From positions 7,876,001 through 7,940,000 of the forward strand of contig CM052817.1 in the NCBI GenBank assembly GCA_028534125.1: DNA of 64,000 bases, written 5' to 3'. The notes below the pieces were generated by a model, which saw only the letters and a list, made by a program, of their open reading frames with translations, had not been told where the DNA came from and searched no databases. The stretch is from Lama glama (lineage: Eukaryota). Shown here piece by piece: positions 38,384-52,060 of the stretch; within the stretch, counting starts at the first letter, position 1; each line of letters opens with the position of its first letter. The position numbers and the translations under genes were made by a program.

Positions 38384-41300
38384 TACAGCTCTCCTTCTCT
38401 CATTATCTTTTTGACATGTTCCTTCTATATATATGCATTCAGTTGACTTGAGGGTCAAACAGAACCAGTTTCTAGAATGCACATTTTAGGAGGAAAAGAG
38501 TCTTTAAGAAATAATTTACTACCTTCCAATTTTCAGGAGCCCAAAAGCAAGCTATTCTGCAACTATGGATAATTATATAATAAAAGTTAGAATCTCATGA
38601 GGGCTGACTATGCACCCGGTACTATTCCAGTGTCTTTTCATTCCTTAGCTTATTTAATTGAACTATCATGTAAGCATCCCAGCTTGGTGTTGTACCACAT
38701 ACAGGATACCCTGTATCAGTATCTTTTCAATTCACAGCACTTTAAAATGTTAGTCTAAAAACATTTCTTCATTATTTAACCAATTTAATTAGTATTCACA
38801 AAATACCTCGAAGTCTCAGTTTTCCCAGCAAAAGCTAAAATAAAGTATTATTATCCACATGTTATAGATCAGGAAAGTGAAGATTAGAAATGATTCAATG
38901 ACAGCTCAGAAGGAATAGAGTACACAAGTTCCAGTAACTGGCTATATAATCAATACCTTATATATCAAAGAAAACGTTCCTAAAGAGGAAGACATTATTT
39001 TCTTGAATGACTTTTTTGTCACTGATGGCAATAAATTTCAAAGTGCTCAGAGAGGTGTGTGGGAATTTTCTCTGTCCATGCCAAACCTTAGCCCCTGACT
39101 ATGGTCTTAACAAATAATGCTAGTGCATGATAATAGTAAGAAAAAATAAGACCTAGTTTATTTTGAGACCTGCAGTCACCAGTTAACCAGTCCTAATTAG
39201 TGTCAGTAGGACTAACGACAGTATCTATAATTTATGATGGGAGGTACTAATACTGTTATCTTTATTAAAAAATGGTGATGAGGAATGATATTCCCATAAA
39301 GAAGACAACGAAAATGAAAGGTAAGCTAATACAGCAACTTCATCAAGAGTGGCTGCTTCATTCTGATCTACTTTCAGCCTTAAAAATACCCAAACCATAA
39401 GGAGGAGAGAGGGAGAGAGAGGTAGAAGGGGACGGGGAGGGAGAGACCAGCCATGACGCAGTATCAGCACTGGAACAGTGGGGAGAACGGGGGGCCTGGG
39501 GTTAGATGGCTGGCACTTAGCCTGGACACAGGAATGTTTGAGAAGGATGTTTATTACCTCTGAATGTCTATTTTCTTAGCTGTAAGATATAGAAATAATA
39601 TAAGGCAGTGAGAGAAAAGCCTTTGTAAGGCTTAAACCATCATAAACGTATAATTGAGAGTCACCTGCACAATTCCAGTCTGGCTCCTACTAAAAATGTG
39701 ATGTCTGTCCCATTTTAAAATATGCATTTTTACTCTAATTTCTCAAGCTCTATGTATCAGTGGGCAACTTTATTTTAGTCTAAAGCTAGGATAACCTTAG
39801 GAAGAAAAGACACTTCTCATATTTTCAAAGCAGCCTGGAGACTTGTGTTTTAAGCTTCCTACTGAGATTTTATTTAGTCCTATGGTCTTTCCTAGAACTA
39901 CAAGCACGACTTTGACTCTGACAGCCAGAATCTGACAACGACTGAGAAATGGAGCCTTGAATTTTAGGCACCTGAGTGTGCAATTCTTATAAACGTTACA
40001 GGTCTTCTGGAGCCTATGAATTACCTCCATTTAAACTCAAAAGCCCCATGACACGGTTCCCAGGGCCTATAAACCCTGTGATACCAGGCATAATAACTCC
40101 CCTGGCAAGAAATAAGCCTCACTTCCCGAGGCCTATAAAGGACCTGGCCTGACCTTTAATATCAATCAGAGGGAACATGTGCTTGGGAAAGCCCAGGCCT
40201 GGGCCTGAAACGGGGAGCGGGCCTGGAGCCCCAAGGACTGCAGTCCTGCCTGGCAGCCTGGCGAATGACACCGTCACACCTGCTTCTGTGCCCAGAACCC
40301 CTATGAGTCTCTCCTCCCTCATCTCTGGGGAGCAGATAGGACTGACTACCAGTATAATTGATGGAAAGAGTATCCTATACCAATCACTGTAAAAGGTGGG
40401 GTTTGGCCTGGACCTTGAGGGGTGCAGAGACCCGGGGGAGAAATAAAGCCAAGACAGGTCACTTGAATATATGCAATCTGTACAATAAGAAGCCAAGCAT
40501 ATGGAAGGTGTGCAGTAAATGCTGATCTATGCTTGAGATTCATGGACTCACAGAACTTACCCAATGTTAGGTCCTAAATAGCCTCAGCAAAGCCGGCTTA
40601 GAGCTCTTGTCCTGGAGCTGTCATTCCTTTCACCATGAAAAGTACAGCAGATAGACAGCAAAGTATATGGTCACCTCAGCCAACAGTCTCGCTTTTGCAG
40701 AAGAGGAAACAACAGCCACAGGTGAGAAGGGATTTGCCAGAGCTGACACCCACACCCTGATACCCCTAGTCGTTCTATAAACCCTGGAGAAACTCTGGAA
40801 TCCATAACCTCCTCTGTTTTCTGAGCACTTCACACCTGGCCTGGGCCCACTGTCTGTCTCGGATTCTGATAGTCAGAATCCCCCCCCCTTATGTTTTCTG
40901 AAATAACTTGAATCACAGATGATGAGATATGTATATGCAAGTGGCAATCTATGTCAGTGAACTGACCAAACTATGGTGGCATTTATTACTTACTTCTATT
41001 TACGGCAACCTCTGGACCCATACAGACTGAATAATTAGGAATTGTTTGGAGGTTAGTAAGTAGCAAAATGGAACTTTTCAGCATAAATGCAAATTCCACT
41101 CCTTTGTTATCAAGTAAAGTGAGCACCAGATATTTACAAGAACGCCACTAAAACACAAGAATTCAGTAGAGACAGGCAAGTAGACACTGAGGTTTTGTGT
41201 TGTTTGTTAGGTAGCAATAGCTGACTGGTACACTACAATAATAAAAGGAGAATAATTTCTGTCCACCAGAGCTATATGAGAAGTTTCAGAATTTTGATGC

Positions 41301-41929
41301 AAAAGATGAATCCAGGAACAAATGATAAAGCTGGACAGAGGAATCATAATCAGAGAATGGAAGCTATGGTCCCAAGTCTCCTCTCCAGGTACCTGTGATC
41401 TCCTTCGGGTCACAGGAGTAATGCAGAGGTGAAGACACTCAAAGTCATGTGAACTGAGACTTATTTACTACTGGATTCTGCATAAATAAGACAAAAGGCT
41501 GTGTTGTACCATACAAATCTGAACAGTTGGAGATTACACAAGACCTGATGATATTTCAGTACTTATTCCTTGCTTATGTACAGTTTTTAAAATATGGATT
41601 TATATCCCTTATTAGTTAGAAAAGGATTTATGGAGTGGCTAAAACCCCAAGTCAGATATATTCAAACCCAAAACCAATATGGCACCTAAGGAAATTTCTG
41701 CAGAGGTAAGAGGGAGCCTCAACAGGCTTACTTCCATGCATCCCCACCCTAGATTCAACCAGAGCAACTCCACTTTTCATTGTTTTATACCCTGGGATTC
41801 TGCACAAAATTCTACTTTAACATGAGTGAGCCCCAGGCTGACCAGCCTTGCAGCAAAGATGAGAGCTAAAGTTTCTAAAACACATGACTGAAACTAAATT
41901 CACTGTTTTCCCCACCCCCATAAAATCTC

Positions 41930-42237
41930 CAACTGTCAAAGAACTGAGGGTGGTTTCCAGCTGACAGCCAGTGTGGAACTGAGGTCCTAAGTCCAACAAT
42001 CTGCAAAGAACTCAATTCTGCTAACAAACAGTTGGGCTTGGAAGTGGATCTTTCCCCAGCTGAGCTTTCAGATGAGATCCCAGCCCCAACTGGCACTTTG
42101 ACTGCAGCCTCATGAGACACCAAGGACCCAGCTAAGTTGTGCTTGGATTCCTAACACACAAACTGTGAGGTGATAAATGTATGTTGTTCTCACCAACTAA
42201 CTGAAAATTTGCTACACAGCAATAGATAATTAATACA
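41930..42237 (+). mobile_element. MaLR LTR 3' half (MLT1E/F-like)
   Basis: aagaactgagggtggtttccagctgacagccag...cttggaagtggatctttcccca...gctacacagcaatagataattaataca. Confidence 0.8.
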
Positions 42238-42349
42238 CCCCTCCAGTGCACACTCAACACAGCATCCAGAGTGATAGTTCTATGCACAAACCTGATGATG
42301 CCCTTCCTCTAACTGAAACCCTTCCTTCAGTGTCATGGAAAGCAAAAGA

Positions 42350-42565
42350 ATGGGATTCACTGAGTGCCTACTATGTATTGATGCTTTTATGTGCTGTTTC
42401 ATTTAATCCACAGAGTAACGCAGCAAAGTCTGGGTTATTAATCCCCTTCTGCAGATGAGAAAACTAGAGGATTAAGTAACTTATTCAAGGCTACAAATCT
42501 AGGAAGTGACTAGTCAGAACAGGGGGACCAAAACTGTCTGGCTTGAAAACTCTTCCACTATACCA
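42350..42565 (-). mobile_element. MIR SINE
   Basis: tgagtgcctactatgt...catttaatccacagag...ttctgcagatgagaaaactagaggattaagtaacttattcaagg. Confidence 0.75.
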
Positions 42566-45500
42566 GCCTTCAGTACCTTGGTGCAGCATTAAATAAAGCC
42601 AGGCTAACCAATGCAGGTGAACTTTTAGGCCTAGGAGAAAGGGGAGTTCAGCAAAACAAGAGGGAAGAAAAAATTGTAATGTTTCTGCACAGTCTCTGAC
42701 TTAGGAGAGTTTTATTGATCTCTTTTGAAACAATAGAAGTTCAGCAAAAATAAGTTTGTTTATTATTAATTCCAGGAATCTGAACCTCAATGGACTTTGT
42801 GAGAGGTGTTTAAAACTCAAAGGTGAAATTCCAGAGTTGGAAGTCTGTGGGTTTCTTGTCAAGGGCTACCTTGTTGGGCAGCTTTCTAAGAGACATCTTC
42901 CTGATATCAAAAACAAAGGCAATTACTTTGTCCCATCTCAGCTTAAAAGGTGTCCCTGGGACCAAAAGTATACCCTACTCTTTTGTCACGATTCAACCCT
43001 CTGGCAAAAACTTACATCTCCTGGAAGTATCCCATTAACCTCACAAATCCCCCACATACCAAAAGCTACATCAGCCTTTAAAAACCAAAAGGGCAGAGGG
43101 GGAAAGCTCACAGAAATCTTACAAGGATGTTGAGGTGTTACAGGCATGTTCTTAGAGATGAGGTCTTTGATAAATCTAGCATGAGCCGCTAAGAGAGAGA
43201 AGAGCCAAGAAGTCAACCTCTTCCTCCCCTCAGATTTATGAATCTTCCAGCCAGAGGCAAAAGCATCACTCCGTCAAGATCAAAGCTCAGAGAGGTGAGA
43301 AGAAAAGCAAGAAGAACAGAGATTCCCCTGGGATGGAAGTATGTCTGTTTTATGTAACATACATGGTCTGTGTTCTAGAAAGCACATTGCATAGGAAACC
43401 CATTTACTAGTCCCCATAAAATAAATACTTCCTTTGCGTTAAGAATACAAAAAGATGGATATGCTCCTTGCTTGGAATGTATAAAGCAAAGGTTAAAAGT
43501 TCCACCGTGTTTTCTGCTCATGGAAAATAACTTTTGATTCCTCAGCCCAGAGTCCCGATATTTTCCTGGAAGAATCGAACCCGGAGACCAAGAGTATTTG
43601 CAATGCATCAGCTGCCACAGGCTGTCGTGGCAAGGTCCTTATTGTGTAAGGGTGTTGCTAGTCATTGAAGTCAAAGCAGGCTCCAAAGACTGACGTAAAA
43701 GACAACAGCTACAGCAGAGAGGCGTAATCGTTTGCAGAACTCTGTGATACGAGTTCTTAGAGGACTCTGCATAAATTCCACGTGATTCACAGACCCGATA
43801 CTCCCCCTTTACCATCTGCTGTTTGGCGCGATGGTCATTAACACAAAGCTATTAGGCAATGCTGTGATTATGGACAAAGAACAAAGGCTGAGAGAAACCA
43901 ACTTCTCAATTCTAAGGGAAAAAAAACACCAAAAAGGAAATGAAAATATCAAAGGGCCTTGTGTCCCATGACGCCCGTTCTAGCCAAACGCAGACGTGTG
44001 TGAAGGGCTGCTCAGCCTCGTCTGAGGAGCACCTCATTCTTCAACGTCTGCAGAGTTTGCAATGGCTGAATGAGGACCAAAAAAGAACATCAGGATCTAG
44101 ACAATCAAGAATTAGAGTAAGAGTCAAAGGGCATTGCTTCTGATCCAGGTCTACCTTCTCTTACTCATCTGCAAAATGGGAACAGCACTGTTCAGGTTGC
44201 TAAAGTCTCTTCTTTATTCAGCTAGACATCTGTTTTATTTAATCATTTTAACATGTAAGACACTAAGTCTGAAGGCGAAGGCACCATGGGCCCTGCCCAC
44301 CCAGGGTTCCCACTAGGAGCAGCGATGAGACACGTACATGCAAAATCGCATTCTCTCGACAGGGGTGAGTGTCATATTAAATAACCAACCAGAGGAACAG
44401 TATCTTCAGCTGCCAAAAATTTAATTCCAAACTTGCAACTTTCTCTCTCACATGAGAGGTCGTTACAGCATGTCTTTTCCGTTCCCATCCCATTCATGGT
44501 GCCATCTTCCTTTCTTACACTTCGCTCTTTGCCAAAATTTTCCCCTTCATTTTAGGTTTATTCTCCCTAGAAATGTCATCTAACCTTCGTGAATAACTTT
44601 CTTGAGAAATGAAGATTGTAAATAAAGGGATATGTGGGTGCCTCAGAGAAGCCTTCATGATTATGTGGTTGACTGCAGGTGACTGGTGTGTACACGGAAT
44701 GTACAAATTGTTAACTGCTATACAACATAAGGAATGGATGTTCTTGTAGTCATGCTGATACAGAGGAGGAGAATTATCTTAATGCAAAATATTTCTATTT
44801 GTATCAACATGGAATATAGATTTACAGAAATCTTTTCTCACAAAAGATCTAACGGTGGTTCTAAGCCACAATAAAATAACCTGTACCCAGTCAGGGCTGG
44901 GTACGCTGAGACGTTCCCTGGGGCTCTGGCTCAGCCCTGGCAGCTGGAACTCATGTTCCTCTCATGGCTGACTAAAGGCTCAACAGGTGAGCCTGCTTCT
45001 CCAGACACCTTTGTCCCCTCAGGACAGACTCCCAAACCCAATTGCCAGGCTCTGACCTGCCTTCTGTTCTGAGGCAACAACCTGCCGGAATCTTCTCCCT
45101 GAGTAAGATGCTAGAAATAAGGAAACAGGTAAACACATGCCTCTCAACCACTCAGGGTGAGCCGACCTCATGCTGGTCCCTGAGTCTGAAATCCTGTCCT
45201 GTTTGCTCTGCCTCTCGGACTGTTACTCATCTTCAAAGTCCAGCCCAAGTGCCACCTCCCCCATTAGGGCTCCTTCCCCATGGCCGGCGGCGTGGTCTGC
45301 AGCCTTCTCCCTGCGCCCAGCCTCCACCACAGAATCACAGTGTGGTCCCTGCAGTCCGCGCGCCCTCCGACCAGCTCCTAGAGGCAGAGGTTGTTCAGAA
45401 CCATCTAACTCATCCCTGGGAACTCCCCCTCAGCAACCAGCACGGTGCCCAGAACTTGCTCAGTGAGTACTTATTAAATCATCTTGTTTTTTATCCAGCT

Positions 45501-45689
45501 CTCCTTTTCTTTCTTATAACTACTTGGATAACAAATAACAGCACAAACACTCTTCAAGGGAGAAACCCTCAAATATTACGTGTCAGGCTAATAAGCAAGA
45601 ACACATGTTGTCTTTAGCTGAACGTGAGAACAAAGGCTCCAAGGAACACATTTCATTTTTCCCCGCAGTGAAGAGGAAATAGCATAGCA

Positions 45690-45885
45690 TGGCACCAAAC
45701 AGATCTGAGTTCGAATCCTGTCTCAATGATTTAGAATCTGTATGACACTTTGAAAGTCTCTGAACCTCTCTGACTCTCATTTATCACCTGTAAAACTAGG
45801 GCGATGAAGGACAGTAGGGGAGACCCGGTGACAGTGCGTTAGAGCATCCCAGGCCTGAACACAGTAGTCACTCAACAGATGTGGC
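45690..45885 (+). mobile_element. MIR SINE
   Basis: cagatctgagttcgaatcctgtctc...tgaacctctctgactctcatttatcacctgtaaaa...gcctgaacacagtagtcactcaa. Confidence 0.75.
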
Positions 45886-46479
45886 TTCCTTCCTTGCCTC
45901 GAATAAGGAAGCCAAACTAATCCCATTCTCCTGGGAGAGAGGCAAAATATATATAAATATATATGTACATGAAAAGAGAATTGAGTACTGTCAGAAAGAG
46001 CAAGCACATCTGTATAAAGACCCACTCCTGCTGATGTGGGTATAACTGAATAATTCATTTTTGTACCCAATGCAATTAAATGGCCAAGCCCCACAGACAT
46101 TCTCTATGCTCTAGACATGGGAATTTATATTAAATTTCTAGTATGCTTGGGATACGTAATTCTAAAACTAAATAAGATTGAACTAATGATGAAAGGCATA
46201 CCATTTTTTAAGTCAAATTTTGAATAGCTTTTTTAACAGAGCATTAGTGTACCATACATACATGTATGACTTGTACCGTCTGCTCTACTGAAAAAAAAAG
46301 ACATAACGAAAAGAAGTCCAATCGTAATTGGCAGTAAGAAAAATTGCATTCCTCCTGCCCTTTGCTCAGGCATAGAGCCATCAAAGTGTTATGCCATAAA
46401 ATTTAATTTTTGAGTTTTGAATGATTTACAGTGGAGCAGAACTTATAAATCAGAACAGTAACCATTGCTATGAATAGAG

Positions 46480-46835
46480 ATGTATGTTTTTCCAAAATGT
46501 CTAAATGAAATACCTTGAAACACATGAAAAGGCCTGCACACTTCTCCAAAGGCAGTCATAATTGAAGTTAATCATTCTTGTTTGGACAGAAGGAAATTTA
46601 CTGACACCTAGGCACCTCCCTCTTTTTAAAACGAAGTGATCAAATAGTCATCATCTCTTCTTATGAAAGCAGTTAATCATGGTAATATATCATATTATTG
46701 CAGGTCAGTTTCTCGCCTTGTCCGTTAAGTTCGTAAACCCTTTCTATTATCTTTGACTGTGTCTTGAATCCAATGCACTTCTTAAAATAGTTAGGGTACC
46801 CAGAGCATCATTATGTGAGAGCCCTGTGTGCACGA
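46480..46835 (-). mobile_element. possible CR1/L3 LINE fragment
   Basis: ccctttctattatctttgactgtgtcttgaatccaatgcacttcttaaaatagttagggtacccagagc resembles recalled antisense CR1 RT 3' region. Confidence 0.4.
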
Positions 46836-47819
46836 GTTCACTGACAGAATTCCTCCCTTTCTTTCACATCTCAGTGTCTAGTCCAGCAGCAAGTCCTCTA
46901 CACTTCTGCTACTCCTGCCCACCTCCTTATTCTGTCCCCTTCCCATCTCTTACCTGTCTCCTAATTTCCTGCCTGCCTCCAGTGTGGGGAGAATATAGGA
47001 ACAGGCTGCCTAAAATGTAAACTGTGTCATTTCTTAAAATTCTCCAGTGCCTTCCCATAACACTCAGCATAAAAGCCAACCTTCCCACAGTGTTTTACGG
47101 GGCTTACATGAGCCTGGCCCTGCCCACCCACAGCCCTCATCCAATCTCTCCTCACTGACTCTTCTCAGTCTGAAAACATACCACTTTGTACATACTCCAT
47201 GATCTCAAATTTGTGAAAAGTTCTAGATAAACGGATAGAGATGGATGGATTTATATATCACATACCAAGAAACACAGGCAGGAAAAACACCAATGTATTA
47301 ATAGCTTTTATCTCTGGTGGGATTTTAGGTAATTTTATATTCTTCTCTCTACTTGGCTATACATTACAAAATACTGGAAATGAACATATTTTAGTTCAAA
47401 AAGACATCAGATATATTCTGCAAGACTTCAGAGGGCAGAAGTAGGACTCTTAGGTGCAAACTCACAAAAGATGCCAAGGTTTAGGTCTTTAATTTCCTGC
47501 AGAACAGAAATAACACAAGTTTTCATTCTGATTTTTATCACTCCCAGAAGTCTTTTCCAGCGGCTGACCAATCAAAACATTTGTTGAACAGATGCGCTCT
47601 GATCTCTCTCCCCACCCCACACTCAAAATGTGGACAAAGGGCATCAGGAGCCAACATGGATCCTGGAGATGAGAGCAGCTGCTGAAAACAGCACCAGAAT
47701 CAGGGATTCTGAAATCATGTGGGTCATCACGTATCTGGTAATATTAATAAACACTTGTAATTTTTCATCTCTCCAGCTAGATTATAAGCTCTATAAAGGC
47801 AGGGATCGTATCTACCCAT

Positions 47820-48590
47820 CTTGTTTTTTCAACAAACATTTGCAGAGTGCTCCCTCACACAAACACTGCTTGAAGTGTTGCAAACACAGCAGTGAAGGAG
47901 AGATACCTGGTCCCTGGCCTCACAGGATTGAATTCTAATGGGCAGAGAAAGAAAATAAACAAATTACAAATGATACTAGAGTCATAAGTGATACCAGAAT
48001 AGAGAAATGTGGTGGAGGAAGGCAGTGGTTTCTTTAGACAGGATGCCAAGAAACGTTCCCAGGCACCCACAGCAGGGCTGAGACAGGAGCACAGGAAGGA
48101 ACCAGCCCCAGAATACTGTCATCCAGGCAGGGGGATGCGGGGCCAAAGTCCTGAGGCAGGAACGAGGTGTGTGAAGAACAGAAGCAAAACTAGCTTGGCT
48201 GGAGAGAGAGAATGAGTAGCAACAATAGGAGATGAAGTCAGAGACTCATTGAGGGGGTACAGATTATGAAAAGTCATCATGATAAGGGGGCCATCTTTTT
48301 TCTAAGTAGAGTGAAAAGCCATTGGGAGATTTGAAGCAGGGGAATGAAGTGATCTGATGTAGCTTTTTAAAAAGCTACTCTTGCTGCTGGGTAGAGAATG
48401 AACTAGTGGACACAGGAAAAAACACAGAAGGCTATCACTGAGATGATGAGGTCCTTAGGTAGGATGGAACCATGCAGAGAAGAGAAAGGAATGGCTTCCT
48501 GGCTGGAGGTGGTGTTGACAGCAATGGACTAAAATGTGGAGATACTGAAAATAAGGAAAAACTGGAATCATGGATGACTCCTGGGTTTAC
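47820..48590 (-). mobile_element. L2 LINE 3' fragment
   Basis: ttcaacaaacatttgcagagtgctccc...ggccaaagtcctgaggcaggaacgag...agccattgggagatttgaagcaggggaatgaagtgatctga. Confidence 0.75.
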
Positions 48591-48661
48591 AACTTATTCA
48601 CAAGTGTGTTCCCAGCACCCAGATCAGGTCCTGATACAATGAGTACTTGGTGATTGTTTGA

Positions 48662-48750
48662 GTGGATGGATGGATGGATGGATGAATGGACTGAAAGATG
48701 AATGGATGAATAAATGGACAGAAGGATGGATGGATGAATAAATGGATAGT
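48662..48750. repeat. (TGGA/TGAA)n microsatellite, degenerate
   Basis: gtggatggatggatggatggatgaatggactgaaagatgaatggatgaataaatggacagaaggatggatggatgaataaatggat. Confidence 0.85.
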
Positions 48751-50671
48751 GAGGAGAGCTTAGAGAAACCAATATGGGGTGACAGAGGAAGACAACAGCC
48801 ATCTTCTTCAATTCCAGAGGCCCCATCTGGCATTTTCTAGGAGTCCTTACAGGGACAGCAGTAGGGAGGGCAGGATTTCAGAGCAGGTGGAATTCAGTGA
48901 TGCTGTGAAGTCAGACAGACTCTGACTGTATTGCATTTAAGACCTCGCTCCAAATCTTGCTCACTATGTGTCCCTGTACTTTGTTAGCCTCTCTGAGCCT
49001 TAGTTTCTTTATTTATAAAATGAGAGTAACTATCAACATCATAGTCTGACCTCTGTGTACATGGCTTATGTGGCCGTGGGTGAGCCACTTAAGCGCTCTG
49101 AGCTCCAATTTCCTCATCTGTAAAGTGGAACAAATAACCACTACTACCTCTCTCCCAAGACAATCGGAAGGTTAAGTAAAAATAAAAAAAAAAAAAAGAT
49201 GGGTACAAGAATTTATTGTCACCTTTGTGACAACACAGACCAGAGTACAGCTCCCCCATCAACACCTGAGTCAGTGAAGCCAGGCAGACAGAGGAGGATC
49301 TCCCATGGCCAAACCAACCTCCTGCCTTGCCTAGAGGCAGAGTCCCCTTCCCGCCAAGCCCAACATGGCCATTATTCTCACTGTCATGGTTCCAACAGGG
49401 GCAAGGCTGTGCCCCACGGGTAACTGTCAGGACATGAAGAGAAAAGGTTTTTAAAGACCAGAAAGGAGAGCTTAGGGCACCCTGTGTGGCCTCCCTGCAG
49501 CCTGTAGGAAGAGCACGGCATTGTGGGCACTCCAGCTCTAATTGAGGATGACGGGCTGGATAAATGTATTTATAGCTGCAAAACCCAGAGCTTTCTGGCT
49601 TGCGCCCCATCCTGCTCTAAATGCTCCACACCTGAGGCCCACTGGGCAGGCAGGCGGCGGGGATGGGAGGTACCAACAGGGCCCTGAGGGCCAGAGGACC
49701 AGATATAAATCCCATCCAGACTTCCTTTCCTAAACTCAGGAAATACCAGTCAATTTATATCTCATCATCTTAACCCTGCAGGTCTGGTTAATGGTTTGAC
49801 CCATGTATTCTCTCCTTTTCCAAAATCTTGTCCCGTTCCCTCTTAACTTGATTTACTCTACTTACTCCAGCTGCTGACTTTGGCAAGTTTTCTAGCTCTC
49901 AACCGACCACTGCATGCGGGCATCATCCTGAATGGTTTCCATGGCAACGAGGGTGCAACTGCTCTGGCTGCAAGCTCCAGAAAGTGCCCACTCTCATAAC
50001 CTGGGCTGGAAAAACACCCTCCCCCCCAGCCCCACCCCCTTTTCACTTTCAACACCCAGGCACACTTTGGGGCGCAGCATGAAAAGCCAGGCGAAAAGGG
50101 GCTTATATTTTTACACCATATTTGAGTTAGCTGTTTTATCTGGACATGAACCTGAGCAGGGAGACGAGAGGGAGAGAGAGGGGCTTTATGAACTCAAAAC
50201 CCAAATAGACCATTTAAGCAGGGCTGAGTGAAGTCACCGAATGTGCCGTGGAAAATACTTCCAAGGCATTTTATAAATTTTGCACCCAAAAAAATGCCTT
50301 GGCCAGGTTGGCCTCGCAGCTTTCAGATACTCAAATCCTCCGTTTCTCAGTGATTTTCCTTACGGCTTAGGGCTTTAAGAAAACAATGAGAACGTGTCCC
50401 AAAAAGTTACACGAGCACGGCAGGTAAGCTCACTTTCCTACAAATGAGCCACAAAAATCACAGGCTCTGAGAAGAAGTGACATTCTCAGAAGGCTCCCTC
50501 CTTCCTCCTCACCTTCTTCTCCTCCTCCTCTTCTTCCTCTTCTCACTGTTACCAGTAACATTAGTGGACCGCATCACTGACAGTTTCTGCCTCCTGGGCT
50601 CCTGGTTTTACTTGTGCTTCTACGGAAGGGGGGCTGGGCAGTACTGTTAATCGAGAAACCAAACTCAGCAT

Positions 50672-51545
50672 CTTTTTTTTTTTCTTTTTGAGCTACACTT
50701 TTATTTTTTACTTATTTTATTTAGTTACTTTTATCAAAGTGTGGTTGATTCACAATGTTGCATTAGTTTCTGGTGTAGAGCATAATGATTCAGTTATACA
50801 TACATGTATATATTCTTTTTCAGATTCTTTTCCATGATAGTTCATGACAAGATATTAAGTATAGTTCCCTGTGCTATAGAGTAGGACCTTGCTGTTTATC
50901 TATTTTATACATAGTAGTGTGTATCTGCTAATCCCAAACTCATAATTTATCCCTCCTCCCCCTTTCCTCTTTGGTAACTATAAATTTGTTTTCTATGTCT
51001 GTCTGTTTCTGTTTTGTAAATAAGTTCATTTGTATCATTTTTTGATTCCACATGTAAGTGATATCATACGATATTTGTCTTTTTCTGACTTACTTCACTT
51101 AGTATGATAACGTTTACAGCCATCCATGTTGCTGCAAATGGCATTATTTAATTCTTTTTTATGGCTGAGTAGTATTCCATTTTGTGTGTTTGTGTGTGTG
51201 TACACACATCTTCTTTACCCAATCATCTGTCAAAGGACATTTAGGTTGCCTCCATGTCTTAGCTATTGTAAATAGTGCTGCTGTGAACATTGGGGTGCAC
51301 GTGCCTTTTAAAACTGGAGTCTTCTCTAGACACATGCCCAAGAGTAGATTTGCTGGATCATATGGTAAGCCTATTTTTAGTTTTTTAAGGAATTTCCAAA
51401 CTGTTTTCCATAATGGCTGCACCAAATTACATTCCCATCTACACTGTAGGAGGGTTCCCTTTTCTCCACACCCTTTTCAGCATTTTTTGTTTATGGACTT
51501 TTTAATGATGGCTATTTTGACTGGTGTGAGGTGATACTTCATTGC
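50672..51545 (-). mobile_element. 5'-truncated young L1 (ORF2 C-terminus + 3' UTR + polyA)
   Basis: ORF 51159-51425 ([24 protein letters not shown]...[21 protein letters not shown]) is L1 ORF2p C-terminal domain; 14-bp TSD accaaactcagcat at 50658-50671 and 51546-51559. Confidence 0.95.
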
Positions 51546-52060
51546 ACCAAACTCAGCATATTAAGTGATTTTCCTGAGAAATCTACCCAACCCAAAGATA
51601 TCTTGAGAGTTGTGTCTATGCACCCCAGCTCCTCTCATACTCCCTTGATGGAGGGCACTGCCATCATGCTAGAGGACCCTGTGCCCCACATATATGTCCG
51701 CCCCCAAGTCTGTGCTCCTCCTGGTAGAAAATCCTGCTCTTCCTCAATCCTGCATTCTCCATTCTATCCACTCAAGTCCCCCCACCACAGGCCTGGCTCA
51801 GTGCCACCTCCCCCATGACTCTCCAGTCTCCAGCTCCACTGAACACTTCCTCTGTTTCCCTTCCACCAAACTTCATTCTTCCTATCTTGGCTAAAACTGT
51901 TGGCTGGTCCCAGATGAGCATCCTCATTCTAAGACTTGTTAGCTGTGTGATCTTAGGCAAATAATTTAAACTTCCTAAGACTCAGTGTTTCTACTGAAAA
52001 ATACAAATAATAATATTTATCTTATAGAGCTGCATGAAAATGAAATATAAAAACATATGT

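Noticed and set aside
40634..40730. Plus-strand ATG...CAG|GTGAGA mini-exon
   Set aside because: ttttgcagaagaggaaacaacagccacaggtgagaagggatttgcc matches an antisense MIR core
45042..45617. 191-aa plus-strand ORF
   Set aside because: Non-ATG start, low-complexity P/S/L content, and it overlaps L2-like 3' sequence
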